A DNA stretch of 35,627 bases, taken from positions 1 through 35,627 of the forward strand of contig NKIB01000057.1 of the NCBI GenBank assembly GCA_002256025.1, in the 5' to 3' direction. Under the pieces are notes generated by a model. The model worked only from the letters and a program-made list of their open reading frames with translations, had not been told where the DNA came from and made no database searches. The position numbers were made by a program, and so were the translations under genes. Origin of the DNA: Asterionella formosa (Eukaryota). Shown here piece after piece: positions 1 to 11,565 of the stretch; positions within the stretch are counted from its first letter, which is position 1, and every line of letters starts with the position of its first letter.

Positions 1-449
1 AATAATGGACCTTGTTCGGCACATATTTGGCAAACAATACTACCTGGTACCATCCTCATCAGTAGACATAATTCCACCAGTGTTGATTTTGAGTAATAAT
101 AATCACGTAAAAAATTGGGTTGTCTACCACTGGCTAGTAGCTAGTACAGTTACCTAGTACCGGTAATAACCTACATAACATGAAAACTGGGAAGAGGGAG
201 CTTTTTTACCGGTAAGTGAGAGTTCTTCATGTGATGTGTACAACCGTAAAACTTTGATCTCAGATGGATGACATTAGACACCACAAATATCCTTACTATT
301 TCATTAAGTAAAATGCGTGTTGTGAATGTATTAGCCTCAAGAGCAGGATCTTAGTTGAACTTTCAAATGAATTATTTGAAACATCAACTAATTCAGTCTC
401 GCGTTCAAAATTCATTGTGAAAACTTCACATGAAACAGTTAAAACTTCA

Positions 450-1360
450 TAATATAATAACGTGTTCAAAGTAAGCGTTAAAGTATAGCTTAAACCATGC
501 ATGGTTGTTTTCAGTACCACGTACGTATGTAATAGGCTCGATGACTTCTGGTACCGGTAGAATATCCGTTAAGCATCATCACATGCATGACCGGAGCAAA
601 AACTTGCCACCAACATCAGATGTATCGCTATCATCGCTCGTTCGACGAAATATGGACGATGCGACTACATGAATCCCTCGAGAAGACAAGCAATCCAACA
701 ACCAACCGCATCCATTAGACAACGAATCGCTACTCGCGTCATGGCTGAACTGATTTCGCTTCAAACCGGTAATGATGGACAACGATCGGCATGGTGAAAG
801 GTGAATTGCCGGAGTCCACTTTTCAGGAGACGAACAAAAACGAGGTGAATTCTTTATATAAATTATCAAAATCTGTATAGTATATAAAATGATTTCCTCA
901 ACAAGTAGACCCCTTGCCAATTTCGGCAATCCCAGGGCTAGAAAAGCGAGTGGCAATTGCTACAAATTTTAATCCCAAATGCGAAGATAGGAAATATACA
1001 AAATATATAATAATGATAGGCAATATCGGACCCATTGCAAATTTCGATGTGAAGATAGGAAATAAACGAAATATATTTTATATGATGGGCTATAGCGAGC
1101 TAAAATTGACATTTTCACTCAATGAGTGGGCAGTAGGTAAGCGAATGGCAGCTAGTTTTTGAATTGCCTCAGCAATACCCTTCTTGGCGGCTACTTGCCT
1201 TCTCGTATAAATGTGTACTCGGCTGGGATGGCACTCGTAGGCTGACCTTCTCGCAGTGCTGGGGGCGCCACTCGTACAGTCAACCTACTCGTGCCACCCA
1301 GCCTCAAACACATGTATACTTGCAGGAATGAGACCGCCTCGGGCGTGTATTGCATTCAAC
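450..1360 (+). repeat. ~0.9-kb dispersed non-coding repeat, copy 1 (inverted copy at 11858..12826)
   Basis: Co-linear reverse-complement match, e.g. 903 aagtagaccccttgccaatttcggcaatccc vs 12352-12381 ggattgccgaaatcggcaaggggtctactt. The shared ORF-track peptide PKCEDRKYTKYI...EWAVGKRMA appears on opposite strands. Internal ~70-bp tandem duplication (gaagataggaaata..). Confidence 0.9.
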
Positions 1361-1429
1361 ACTAACAAATAACGAGGAAAAAGAGAGTTACTAAGACTAC
1401 TAGGCCTACCGTCGTACTCTGTTGAAATT

Positions 1430-1632
1430 TATGGCGCTTCTTCCTAGCATGCTCCAGTACTGCCCTGGAATGACCTGTCAAGATCTATCTTATGCTACTC
1501 GTCGGCATATTATTCTGCTACCTGGTACCGGTATATAAATACTGTCTCCTATTTCCACTTAGACATTCGTCAGGCTACATCTAGTCTTCGAACACCTGTC
1601 AACATCAACAGCATAACAGACACATTCTGACA
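1430..1632 (+). repeat. ~200-bp dispersed repeat, copy 1 (inverted copy at 24223..24410)
   Basis: tatggcgcttc..ctccagtactgccctggaatgacctgtcaagatct..acatctagtcttcgaacacctgtcaacatcaacagc matches the reverse complement of 24223..24410. Confidence 0.85.
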
Positions 1633-2146
1633 CCCTCCCCTGTTGATGTTAGACATACCACATCATCCCAATGTGTATGCTCGACACACTCCATTCTATT
1701 GTAAATGATTTTAGCCACCACATCGAACAAGACCAACAAGAAATAGGCTTTGGTGATCGAGGATGACCCCCTTATCGACCAACTATCATGTATTTGGTCA
1801 ATTAGACTCCAACCATAGCCAAACAAGGATGCATTTCTATTTGTCTAGATTATGGCTTGCGCCGGTAACATAACGTTGACTGTTTAATTGATCCACAAAG
1901 GCTTACAATAAACATTTACCTTACTCTCTTGATGTAGAAAAATAGTAAACTTAGGTACAAATACCTTTGAATAATACCGTAACATGAGTATATTGTTTAA
2001 CAGTTTACAGTGTCGATGGTCAATTAATTAGCTGAGTTGAAGAATTTTAAGAAGTATCCAAGAGAGTTGCGCCATTTAACGAAGGGCTTCACGCCAATAA
2101 AGCCAAAGTCGTTTAATGGAACAAGGTGAAGGAGGGATTAGCTATG

Positions 2147-2242
2147 TGTGACAATTGCATCTCAATAATTCAAGTGCTTCCAGTACTCCACTGTTGTGAC
2201 AATTGCATCTCAATAATTCAAGTGCTTCCAGTACTCCGCTGT
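2147..2242. repeat. Tandem duplication, 2 x 48 bp
   Basis: tgtgacaattgcatctcaataattcaagtgcttccagtactcc(a/g)ctgt occurs twice with one mismatch. Confidence 0.9.
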
Positions 2243-2992
2243 CCCAGCACCTGTCATCCACCACTGATGATTTTGATGTAGTAGATGATTCCAAATGAAG
2301 GAAATTAATAGATTACATGTCAATGCTAGTATGATTCATTAGAAAGCTATCACTCTAGCTAATTCGAAAAACAGAAGGGTTTTTCTATTCTAGAATACCA
2401 ATATACAAATGCATAGTCACATTGGTTTTTGATGGGCAGTTTAAATAGGCGTAGTAATAGCTGGGTAAAAATAAGGAATTTACAGGAAACGTGATGCTAC
2501 CAATATTCAAAAAACTAGAGTTACAGACTTGCCAAAGCAACTTCCTTTGATCCTCCGCCTCCTCCTTCAGTTGCCTTTTCTCGTTTTCTTCCTGTATATG
2601 TACACTGGTAACTGTTATGTACCAAAGTGTGTTTGAGCGGTTGTCATCTGATGAGTTGCTATCATTGCTCATTTCATCAGGCAGATATGTATGAGTACCC
2701 TGGTACCATACACCACACAGTCCCATCATTCTCTTATTGGTAGTAATCGGGTTTATCAATAAAATGATTCACATGTGATAACATTCTAATGGTATTTCTA
2801 TTTGATAAAAGTTTTGGTGAGAGATTTGACTCTTCTAGGATTTGGTCAATGCAGTGAAAAAAAATGAAAAATTCAACTGTTGATAAAAATTTCTCAAGAA
2901 GTGATGTGTATTGATATCTTCAACTGCAATTGGCTTTGGTATTTGGTCAATGCTCTAACATCACCTTTCAAAGCACTATTGTATCACAGAAG

Positions 2993-3110
2993 TTTGAGCT
3001 AGATAGGGAAACTGAAAACTTCAAGGATCAGTCAGCCGTTTTAAGAGTCTGCTTCTGAGCCAAGAGACCTAGTACAGAAGGAATTCTTGTAGCAGAAATT
3101 TTTATGACAT
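2993..3110 (-). repeat. Degenerate tandem copy of the last ~20 codons and 3' flank of the RNase Z gene
   Basis: gatcagtcagccgttttaagagtctgcttctgagccaagagacctagtacagaaggaattcttgtagcagaaat vs 3167+ gatcagtcagttttttttcaaagaatctgcttctgggcaaagagaccaggtatagaaagaatcctttttgcagaaat. Confidence 0.75.
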
Positions 3111-3183
3111 CCAATATCCAATGAAAGATGCTTGAGCCAGACAAGGATACTCCAAGCTTCTCTAATGATCAGTCAGTTTTTTT

Positions 3184-5484
3184 TCAAAGAATCTGCTTCT
3201 GGGCAAAGAGACCAGGTATAGAAAGAATCCTTTTTGCAGAAATCTGCATTGAGTCCCTTTCTTCTTTTCTATCTGAGTTAAACGATTCTTCTGGGTATAG
3301 CAGGCGAAGAGCCGGTGTAAGCTTTGCGGCTACAGCCAAAGTGGCAGGAGTAATGCGCATGAAATCAAATGCAAAAATTATTGGAACTCCTTGTGTTGCT
3401 TCAATTTGCTTTAGTTGTGGGAGTTTTGGGTAACGCTGCGAGAAATGCGTGAGTACAACTGCCTTTGCCCGCATGTTCTTTCCAATTTCTAGCGCTTCGC
3501 CAACAGTAGAATGTTTCTTCAAAACTGCTTCGTCTTCCATACCATCTTCAAATGTGGCCTCATGGATCAATAGGTCTGTGTTGACAGCTTGCTCTGAAAA
3601 TTGAGTTGAGGGTCGGCAGTCTCCACTGTACGAGAGTCGGCCGAAGGGAGTCCCATCGAAACAGACTGCAAATGAATGTGCACAATGTGAGACTGGGACA
3701 GCGAGGCAGCGAGTGATGCCTAAGCGATGCTGCATCATTGCAAGCACTGTAGGTGGCATTAATTTCGGTGCAACCATGTCATGACAGTCAACTGGTATAT
3801 ATCGGTCTCGTATCGACGTGTCAACTGCCCCATACTCGTCGAGAAATCTAAAAAGGCTTGGCGGCGCCATCAAGATTATTGGTAGACAGCTTGGAATCGA
3901 TCGTTGTTCAGACAACAGGCGAAGTAAGCCAAGATGGTGATCAGCATGTGGGTGTGATATCCAAACTGCCTGAACGCTCCGAAGAATGCCGATATAGTCA
4001 CTGTTTTGTGGGTCTGCACGAAGGAGTTGTCCAATTGTGCCCTCACCGACATCCAAGAGCATTGAATTCCCGTTAGGTATCCGAAGTACTATTCCGGTCA
4101 CGTTTCGGTGCTTGCACGGGAGTGCAGAACCCGTTCCTGTAAAGATGAGCTCCGCGTCAGTTATGGCGTCAGATGCCTTTGCTTCGATCGAATCTAGGAT
4201 TTCAGCTGCTTTAGCTACCGCACCGGACTCGTAAGCCAGAGACTTCGCATCCTTTAGTTCAGTTTCTGTCATGACGGTCCCTGAATAAACCAGACCTTTT
4301 CGAGTCCGAGGGATCAGCGAGTATTCAAGCATTCGAGTTGCCTTTATAATTCTAACATTTCCTGTTATTGTGGATTGTTGAATTTGAGATTCAAGGTTGG
4401 CAATTGGAGATGGATAAATTTCGTCATGCACAATCGATCGGGTCAGTGCTCCGAGAGCCGCTGATCGAAAAGCAGTTCCCCCCACTGGAATCCTAGAGCA
4501 GTCACTGATGTTTTCGATTGAATCCATCCAAATATGATCAACAAAACTTGGAAACGTCTTAATCCATTCTTGATAGCTGATTCCTTGAAAAATATTTGAT
4601 GGAGTAACATGAATCATTACATCCATTGTTGGGGCACCATTAACACTATCGCCTTGCAGCTTCGCTAGCTGCTCCGATTGCTCCAGTTGTGTCAAAACGT
4701 CGTTCGAAGGACAATATATAACAGCAATGGCAACTCCGGGGCTACCTTCCAATAGAACTTCTTGACTTTCTACTTTCCTTTCGATTCCGTCGATGATGAC
4801 CTTTACTGATTGGCCTTCTTTGAGCTTGGCATAGAGTGGGCCAGGAGGAATACCGAGTTCCTTGGCTTTTTGTGGAAGGAATTTGCCTTGAATCGGTGGC
4901 GTCTTTATAAGAAATGATAGTATTTGTATTTCTACGGGACCAGATTGATGAAAAAGTGGTATCGTCTCGATATAGAATCCTCGTCGGATGAGATCAACAT
5001 GGTCCCTCATTCGCTTTTTCGATTTCTGGTTGCTCTCGTTCTCGTCCAGGTAAGCTCCCTCGTGGATTCGCATCTGAAATTTTTCGCGTCTCATGAAATG
5101 ACGAAGGGAATGCAAATAAGCGTGTGTCCCTTTCGGTCCAATTATATCAAGGCCGGGTTTTTCATTTGTTGAATCATTCATTGGCTGTCTTGTTGTTTCT
5201 TGGCCTTTCGTAGCATTGGCGTGGATTGCATTTTGCATGGCAGCCTCAGCAACATCAGCCGTCGTTAGAATCATTCCAGGGAGTCCACCGACGGATGTAT
5301 GCGATATATGCGTCAAGCATACTCTTGTAACGGACCGAATCTTGAGACCGGGTGCTTCAAGAAAAGATCGCTGGCAACCCTCGCCACAGTTGATCAATAC
5401 TGAATTTCGATTGGGTCCCACCAAAAGAATTGACGGCGATGAATCAAGAGAAGATGTTGTCAATATCCTAATGGAAGATGTCAT
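3184..5484 (-). CDS. ELAC2: Long-form ribonuclease Z (tRNA 3' endonuclease, ELAC2/TRZ1), 766 aa, intronless
   Basis: N-terminal NCGEGCQR and GLPG pseudo-motifs, GIPPGPLY exosite, GTGSALPCKHRN PxKxRN loop, LLDVGEGT, ISHPHADHH metal-binding motif, YSGDCRP, HEAT, HST and THFSQRYPK. Confidence 0.97.
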   Translation of the reverse strand: MTSSIRILTTSSLDSSPSILLVGPNRNSVLINCGEGCQRSFLEAPGLKIRSVTRVCLTHISHTSVGGLPGMILTTADVAEAAMQNAIHANATKGQETTRQPMNDSTNEKPGLDIIGPKGTHAYLHSLRHFMRREKFQMRIHEGAYLDENESNQKSKKRMRDHVDLIRRGFYIETIPLFHQSGPVEIQILSFLIKTPPIQGKFLPQKAKELGIPPGPLYAKLKEGQSVKVIIDGIERKVESQEVLLEGSPGVAIAVIYCPSNDVLTQLEQSEQLAKLQGDSVNGAPTMDVMIHVTPSNIFQGISYQEWIKTFPSFVDHIWMDSIENISDCSRIPVGGTAFRSAALGALTRSIVHDEIYPSPIANLESQIQQSTITGNVRIIKATRMLEYSLIPRTRKGLVYSGTVMTETELKDAKSLAYESGAVAKAAEILDSIEAKASDAITDAELIFTGTGSALPCKHRNVTGIVLRIPNGNSMLLDVGEGTIGQLLRADPQNSDYIGILRSVQAVWISHPHADHHLGLLRLLSEQRSIPSCLPIILMAPPSLFRFLDEYGAVDTSIRDRYIPVDCHDMVAPKLMPPTVLAMMQHRLGITRCLAVPVSHCAHSFAVCFDGTPFGRLSYSGDCRPSTQFSEQAVNTDLLIHEATFEDGMEDEAVLKKHSTVGEALEIGKNMRAKAVVLTHFSQRYPKLPQLKQIEATQGVPIIFAFDFMRITPATLAVAAKLTPALRLLYPEESFNSDRKEERDSMQISAKRILSIPGLFAQKQIL

Positions 5485-5749
5485 GGATCCGTCGGAGTTG
5501 TGAGGGAAGCCTGCAGAGAAACAATCAAAGGATAGTATCTAAAAAATGTGGGGTTGAAATGTGGCCGAATTTTATTCGTGAACGACAAGATGAAAGGCTG
5601 CGCGGTGGTGTATCATCCATCGTAGAGTAAACCACCAACATCTACAGGTATGTGATCGGGAAGATATGGAGGATGTTCAGTATGTGATGATGAGCATGCC
5701 AGAAACACCCGAAATTTTAGTTAGGTAATTTGTAGCATCCAAAGTCCTG

Positions 5750-6824
5750 ACGTCAGCCATCACAATCAGAATAAAATGATGTATGCTCCAGCCAATCACA
5801 ACGACTGTGCTTTAGTGTTTTATATACAAAAGAATGGCTTTCTGAGGCCCTTCTTGTCAGCGCTTTTCTTGGTATGTTGTTTATATTTTTGGTTTTGTTC
5901 CACTTCCTGAGCTTCTCCTTCTTGCTATTTATGAACAAAGCATTTTAAAGTTTCAAACCAGAATGGGGGTCATTTCAAACCTTTCTTGTTGGCGCTTTCT
6001 AGGTATGATGTTTTTGTCTTCCTTTACCTTTTTTCTCTCGATGCACTGACAAAAATGCTTCTCTATCTTGTAAAATTCAGTGATGAACCACACATTTGAT
6101 GGGGTAGTCTATCACATTGACCGACAAATAAAAGAATGGTACATATCATGGATGCAATGTTGTTGATTCAGATATGTTGCTTTGTAATTTCTAAGCATGA
6201 CTATCCCATTTTTTAATTCTCCACTCTTCTTTCTCTCAGATCCTACCATATCAAAACCATTATTGCTTGCTTAGTTTTATTATTCATTTTAATCAAGAGT
6301 CAAGAAGTGCTGATGTTTTGGAAATGCTTGTGAGGTGAAATGAATGCTGCTCAACCACAAGCTAGAATGGTGCCCACATTCGTATTTCCTACTATACTGC
6401 CTTTCTTTGCTTGCTTTTAGTGCCAGCAGCTTGATGGCTGCTCACTTTATTTACAACCATTAGCAACTGCTTGTATTTTGTTTGACTTCATTTGCATATA
6501 GAAATAACGTGATTGTTGGGAAAAAAATATTTGTGGTTCTTGATCAAGAAATTATTTCATGTGATATACAAAGATAATTTTAGTTTGCACTAAAAATTAT
6601 TTGGGTTTTAAAATAAATTATGAAAGTTGTCGAAACTTTTTTAGTTCCCTGTTATTATATATATTTTATATGATGCATCACATTTTATATGTGGCCATAC
6701 CCTTAAAAATGTAATGAGCCCAATTCGTCATGCTGGGCCACCCAAATTATTAATTTGGGTGATCTCATTTGAATTAGCGTTTTTTCTGGTGGCTGTAGTA
6801 GTACCAGTAATTGCTTTGTAGATG
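5750..6824 (-). mobile_element. Degenerate second copy of the CATCTA-ended non-autonomous element (see 21116..23166); left boundary approximate
   Basis: Reverse complement from 6824 (catctacaaagcaattactggta..cagccaccagaaaaaacgcta..aatttgggtggcccagcatgacgaattgggc..tataaaatgtgatgcatcata) aligns to 21116-21350. Confidence 0.7.
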
Positions 6825-7718
6825 TAACCAGCATGTACTGCTATTCTGTTCACCCTGCACTTGTAAACACCATCACCTAAAAGTACACATACAGAACTTC
6901 ATCACAGCACGAACTTAGTAGTTTATTGTTGCCCATCAACAGTTGCAGCTAGCCAATGTGTCCTCTTTTCCATTGGGTAGGGGACATGGCCTGGCCATAT
7001 TGATCTCAAATCCCAAACCCCAAAACTTTTCTTGCCTTCCGCCCAGTAACAGCGATTAGATCATCAATGGCTGCAATTCCGCAAGGACAAGCAAGGGAGT
7101 GGTCCTTTACCCTCTTGCACTGACTACTGGAACCCATGATTTATTTTTTGTGACTTTGTGATGTTATGGATCAATCATCAGTATTATTGTATTCATGTGA
7201 ATGAAGTTGACTAAAATGTCTAGTAATAGCTAGTAGCTAAGTGGCAAGAGCCATTATAATATGCTTATTGTATTTGGCCAGTACAGTTGGAGTCTACTAG
7301 TAGGTAAAATTAGACCAAAACGACAAATTTTGGTTGAGGAAGAAAGCTGAAAGTCAGCTGCAGTTGGAGTCTAATAAAAGATGACAAAACACATATTTTG
7401 ATTGATGAAGGGGTTTACCACGAAAACAAATGACAGCACACAGATTTTAATTTACGAAGGGGTTGCCCACGAAAACCAAATGCCCAAGAAGGTTTTGGTT
7501 TTTGACAATAGGGTCAATAAAATATTATTGGGGGTTTGGCCATTGAAACACTTTTATTTGGCTTTTGACCATCTCTTCTCATGGCAAGATAGCTGATACC
7601 TAGTACTCTGGTACCGTACCCAATGCTGTAACAAGTACAAGCTTGACACTAGGAAGTCACGGCCTCATACCGATAAGAGATTGGACGCTAAAAGAAGTGT
7701 GGAAATGTGAACTTGTAT

Positions 7719-7723
7719 AAAAA
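7719..7723 (-). terminator. RNA polymerase III oligo-T terminator
   Basis: TTTTT immediately 3' of the tRNA discriminator base on the minus strand. Confidence 0.75.
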
Positions 7724-7796
7724 CACCGAATGGGGGGATCGAACCCCCGACCACACGATTAAGAGTCGTGCGCTCTACCGACTGAGCTAATTCGGC
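7724..7796 (-). tRNA. tRNA-Lys(CTT)
   Basis: GCCGAATTAGCTCAGTCGGTAGAGCGCACGACT-CTT-AATCGTGTGGTCGGGGGTTCGATCCCCCCATTCGGTG folds into a full cloverleaf with A and B boxes; G1-U72 wobble pair. Confidence 0.97.
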
Positions 7797-8202
7797 TTCC
7801 TTCTTATTCCATTTCCCTGGATTTTTAATATCAATATAATATACAGCATGGCATACCGACAACCTCGTGGATTTATACACCGGTACCAGTAGTATACGGG
7901 AGAGACTTACGATAGTCGTGACGATACATAGGAACATATCAAAATTTTATCAACCCAGCACTGTCCTCGTAGCGGTACCAGGTACCTGGTATTCGTTACG
8001 AGGTAGCTCAACTAGACTACCGGTACTTGGTATGAATAAAGTACAACAAGTGCATCATATGACGGTGTGTTGTGTGGGGCTCAATTCTTCATTCCTAAGA
8101 TCCCATTATTATGGGTTATTCGTGCTGTTGACAACACATAGGACGCCGCTGTTATAATTTCTAAGGGCTCTTCTGTAAATCTTCTGTCGCACTCGATCAG
8201 TG

Positions 8203-9300
8203 ATGGAGCAGGAAGGTCCATTTTCAATCCTTCCAGTGCTCCAACCAACATGGAAAAGGACCTTTCGATATAGCGATGTCGAAGCCATCTCTGGTGGCGT
8301 CGGTGCAATCTGCCGTGTGTGCCAGAAGAACGACACCCGGTACAATTGCCCAAAATGCGCGATTGCGTACTGTTCTGTGATTTGCTACAAAGACCACAGT
8401 GAAACATGCTCCGAGGCCTTTTATCGAGATAGGGTCGAAGCAGTAGTGCGACGAGAACAGAAGGAAGGGTCTGACGAAATCCACTCGATTTTGAATCGTA
8501 CTCAACAGAATCTTGATGAAACGGTTTGGGAAGGTGAATTGTGGACACTGGCAGAAGCTCTAGAGAAGGGATCGTTGACGGACGAGGAGACCGAGAGGCT
8601 TTTGTCACCAGATATGAAGTCTGCTTTCTATCATGCCGTCAGGACTGGCCAGCTAAGCGACACGATTCAAAGCTGGCATCCATGGTGGATACCCGAATAC
8701 GCAGTTGCCAGATCCAATAAAGACAGCACTGTTCAAACCAAAGAAACGCTAGATGATAGGTTGCTGGCGATACCAAGGTTTTCTTCGCTACATCCTGGTG
8801 CAATCTTGTCACAGGAACTAGCTTACAATGCCATTGACTTGCTCTATAGTGCAGCCTTGACCCTAAGGCAATATCATGGGAGCGAAAACGCAAGAATCGT
8901 ATCAATAGAAGCATCGCGTTGTTTGTTACAAGCCTCTGCGGTCCTTCGCGACGACGCTCGATACTTTTCAGTCTCCGAATGCTTATTGGCCTGTGTGTCG
9001 ACGAAGGCGTCAATAGATTGGAAGATCCTAGTCGATGATGTATCTCGACTATGGAACCGACGAGATATTGCGCATACGCTCTTGGATGTTATTGTAATAA
9101 TAAAGGCCGCATCGAAAGAGCTTCAAGGAATGGAGGCCCAAGTCATGCGAAAGCACAGGAAGAAATTGGAGTTCTACTTATCTTGGTCTCGCGATGTTTG
9201 CTTTTTGGCTGAAGTACACGACGAGGTCAAGCAATGGGGCACGAATTGGTCATCACCAAAGGAAAGTCCCTCCATTGATTATTGTGGGACATCACTATAA
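8203..9300 (+). CDS. ZNHIT2: Zinc finger HIT domain protein (ZNHIT2-like), 365 aa
   Basis: CRVC..YNCPKCAIAYCSVICYKDHSETCSEAFYRDRV zf-HIT domain with the ZNHIT2-type CSEAFY extension, WHPWW, and C-terminal KKLEFYLSW. First ATG is at 8203. Confidence 0.85.
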   Translation: MEQEGPFSILPVLQPTWKRTFRYSDVEAISGGVGAICRVCQKNDTRYNCPKCAIAYCSVICYKDHSETCSEAFYRDRVEAVVRREQKEGSDEIHSILNRTQQNLDETVWEGELWTLAEALEKGSLTDEETERLLSPDMKSAFYHAVRTGQLSDTIQSWHPWWIPEYAVARSNKDSTVQTKETLDDRLLAIPRFSSLHPGAILSQELAYNAIDLLYSAALTLRQYHGSENARIVSIEASRCLLQASAVLRDDARYFSVSECLLACVSTKASIDWKILVDDVSRLWNRRDIAHTLLDVIVIIKAASKELQGMEAQVMRKHRKKLEFYLSWSRDVCFLAEVHDEVKQWGTNWSSPKESPSIDYCGTSL

Positions 9301-9721
9301 AATCTAAGTCCCTCTGACAGTAACAAGGTTGTTCTCCCTACAACTCTTTTGTGAAAACATGAGAAATTATACGACGTCTGCATAAAAATCCAAGCATCAC
9401 TCAGCAGAGATTATAAACTCATAGGAGATATGGGATATCCAATGCCAGGTTAATATTATTTTTGAAGAGGCCAATAACAGCTTCCAAAATCCCTACTAAA
9501 TTGGGGACCTGCTCCTTGTACACTCACCATGAAAATGATTTTGGACTAGAACCATCAGCTGACTAGAAACTAAACATTACAAAAGAATCAATGCAGCTAC
9601 AAAGCATTCTAATAGCACATTTGGCCCTTCCAATGCATTGGGGCTATTGGTGGCAAGGTAACAGGATCATTCAATGTTGTCAACATGCTTTGATGTACTT
9701 GAACCAAACATCATGGGCTCC

Positions 9722-10285
9722 ATAGTGGGTCTCACCACAGAATTCAACAGTGTACTCATTCTCTATCGCATCTTAAGGATTTTGCAACATATCATCAGTT
9801 TTGAAAGGCGCAACAATCACAACACGAAAAGGGTCAGGATATTTTTCTCCAAAGACTGCATGAATGCTGCTAAGCTTTTGAGTGGCCTCGAGTGGGGCGA
9901 TGAATGCTTTTACTGGAATGGCATCATCCGCACTACGACCTTGAGCAATGTCTTCAACAGCCTTGAGCTCCTTGAAACTCAATGGTCCGTTCCACGAGAA
10001 TTCAAATCGTAGGTTGAATTCATCCACCAAAGAACCCTTCTGGTCCACAGGGACAGTACCAACTTTTCCAGACTTATTATGGGGATGCGTGACCAACATT
10101 TCTTGCAAAGCATAATTAAGGACATGGGTCATCGTGTGATAAGATGCAATAGGAGCATGGTGAACATAGTCCACCTCACAAATGACGATTTCACCAACAG
10201 TGAAAGTTCTTTCTGAAACATTGCGGATGTGAAGAAGGGCAAATTGTCCATACAGTTGCACATTGTCAATTTGCAATGTAGCGCC
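9722..10285 (-). pseudogene. Alanyl-tRNA synthetase editing-domain fragment (pseudogene)
   Basis: HTMTHVLNYAL, VDQKGSLVD..LRFEFS and AVFGEKYPDPFRVV. After an in-frame TAA (9773-9775) the frame continues DAIENEYTVEFCGETH, a degenerate SVEFCGGTH. No aminoacylation domain is visible upstream. Confidence 0.85.
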
Positions 10286-10464
10286 ATTAGCACTTACAAT
10301 GACAGCAGCATTGTAGACCTAACCTCATCAGCTTTGGGTGCATTCGAAGTGTTATCTTGTGTAGTCTCCTTGACAGTCTGTTCTGGTTGATCTGGAGCGG
10401 AAACCTCATTATTTTTAGATGAGCGATGTATGGCAGGATGTAAAATAAACTGGTAATTAATTCA

Positions 10465-10740
10465 TTTTGTGCTCGTCTAATGGTGGTGTAATTAAAATTG
10501 CTCAATTACCGGTATTGCATAGAATTTTGCTATTTAATTTTTGCTCATATTCCGACAAATGAAGACGAAATTGTTCAGCCTTGATAGGTTTTGTTTTTTA
10601 CCCAGGACTTTTTTTGCTCTAACCTTTTCGGTTTTGCTCTATCCTGAACTTTTTTGATTAATTGATAAATTTGTTCCTCACTACACAAAATTTTGCTCAT
10701 TGCTCCAATCATTTGCTCATTGCTAAAAATTTGCTCATTG
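10465..10740. repeat. Cluster of TTGCTC(A) motifs in AT-rich DNA, possibly a transposon subterminal array
   Basis: aattgctcaa, ttttgctcat, tttgctctaa, tttgctctat, and ttttgctcattgctccaatcatttgctcattgctaaaaatttgctcattg. Confidence 0.45.
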
Positions 10741-11089
10741 AAAGTTGGCATGGTTTAGCAGTTATTGTCTTTTCGTAATTGCGGTTATAATTTGAATTTA
10801 CTTAATAAAAACATGGGCTAGAAAGTCAGCCGACTCCAACGGTCGGTTGTAGTTTTGAGTTTCGCATCCAATTATTTGCAGAGTCTCAGACTTCATCACG
10901 GAATGGTGGAACTGCAGTAGCAGACATAGCAGGAGAAAGAATAGTAACAGGAGGAGTTGCAGCAGCAACAACCACAGCAGGAGGAGGTGTATGGAGAGGG
11001 AATGGCGGCTCCTCGTCACCATGGTGATTGGTGTCTTCGAATCTTGTAATTAGAGCTTGCCTTGCTTGTTTTAGGAACCGGAAAATCAC

Positions 11090-11565
11090 CTGATTGTTTG
11101 TACTGTCACACTGTTAATTTCAATTCTGCAACAGACATTTGTTCTTTTGTTTTGTTCTGTTCCTTCAAGGTAAGTACTTTTCCGAAAAGTGTATTGAATT
11201 CTTGTTGCCTTTTTGTTCTTTTGTAGTACCAATGAATGTCCAAAATTCGCTTCTGTTCCAGTACTGTAGCAGCAAGAATACTATTTGGCCCAAGGGCAAA
11301 GGTTTGTGCAGAGGCCAGTAGTTCTGCTGTTAGCTATCCTCTTCTTGTGTTCCCCCTTGTCAATGTGGGAATCTGCTGTCGCCATCCTCTTTCTAGATTG
11401 GGCCTCCTGGAAGATTCCATTTTGTACATTCGCATGTTTGCAAAACTCGTTAATTTTTCGAAAAATTGTTTCAGCAAGGCCAGTTTGGAGATTTAAGTTG
11501 TTATCAGGAAGGATGGTGGCAATAATTTATGTGGGCGCATTGATGTTCTGTTGCAGTTGGGTTAA
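11090..11565 (-). pseudogene. Decayed coding remnant, possibly the C-terminal region of a Tc1/pogo-type transposase
   Basis: Manual translation with stops gives ..NLNLQTGLAETIFRKINE..RG*LTAELLASAQTFALGPNSIL..QEFNTLFGKVLTLKEQNKTKEQMSVAELK. The resemblance is from memory, not a search. Confidence 0.3.

Noticed and set aside
579..1162. Short ORFs in the dispersed repeat, and other antisense or overlapping ORFs in the track
   Set aside because: They have no recognisable domains and mostly non-ATG starts, or they are shadows of real CDSs on the other strand or frame.
5639..5650. catctacagg as the missing left end of the 6824 element
   Set aside because: Only a 7-8 bp match, and the flanks (aa vs ta) do not form a TSD.
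7282..7600. ta|cagttggagtcta possible Tc1-like end with short internal duplications
   Set aside because: I found no matching opposite TIR, so I cannot delimit an element.
3184..10285. tRNA-metabolism cluster (RNase Z, tRNA-Lys, AlaRS fragment)
   Set aside because: The AlaRS is a dead fragment, the tRNA is Lys rather than Ala, and eukaryotic adjacency alone does not imply a functional unit. No synteny evidence is available.
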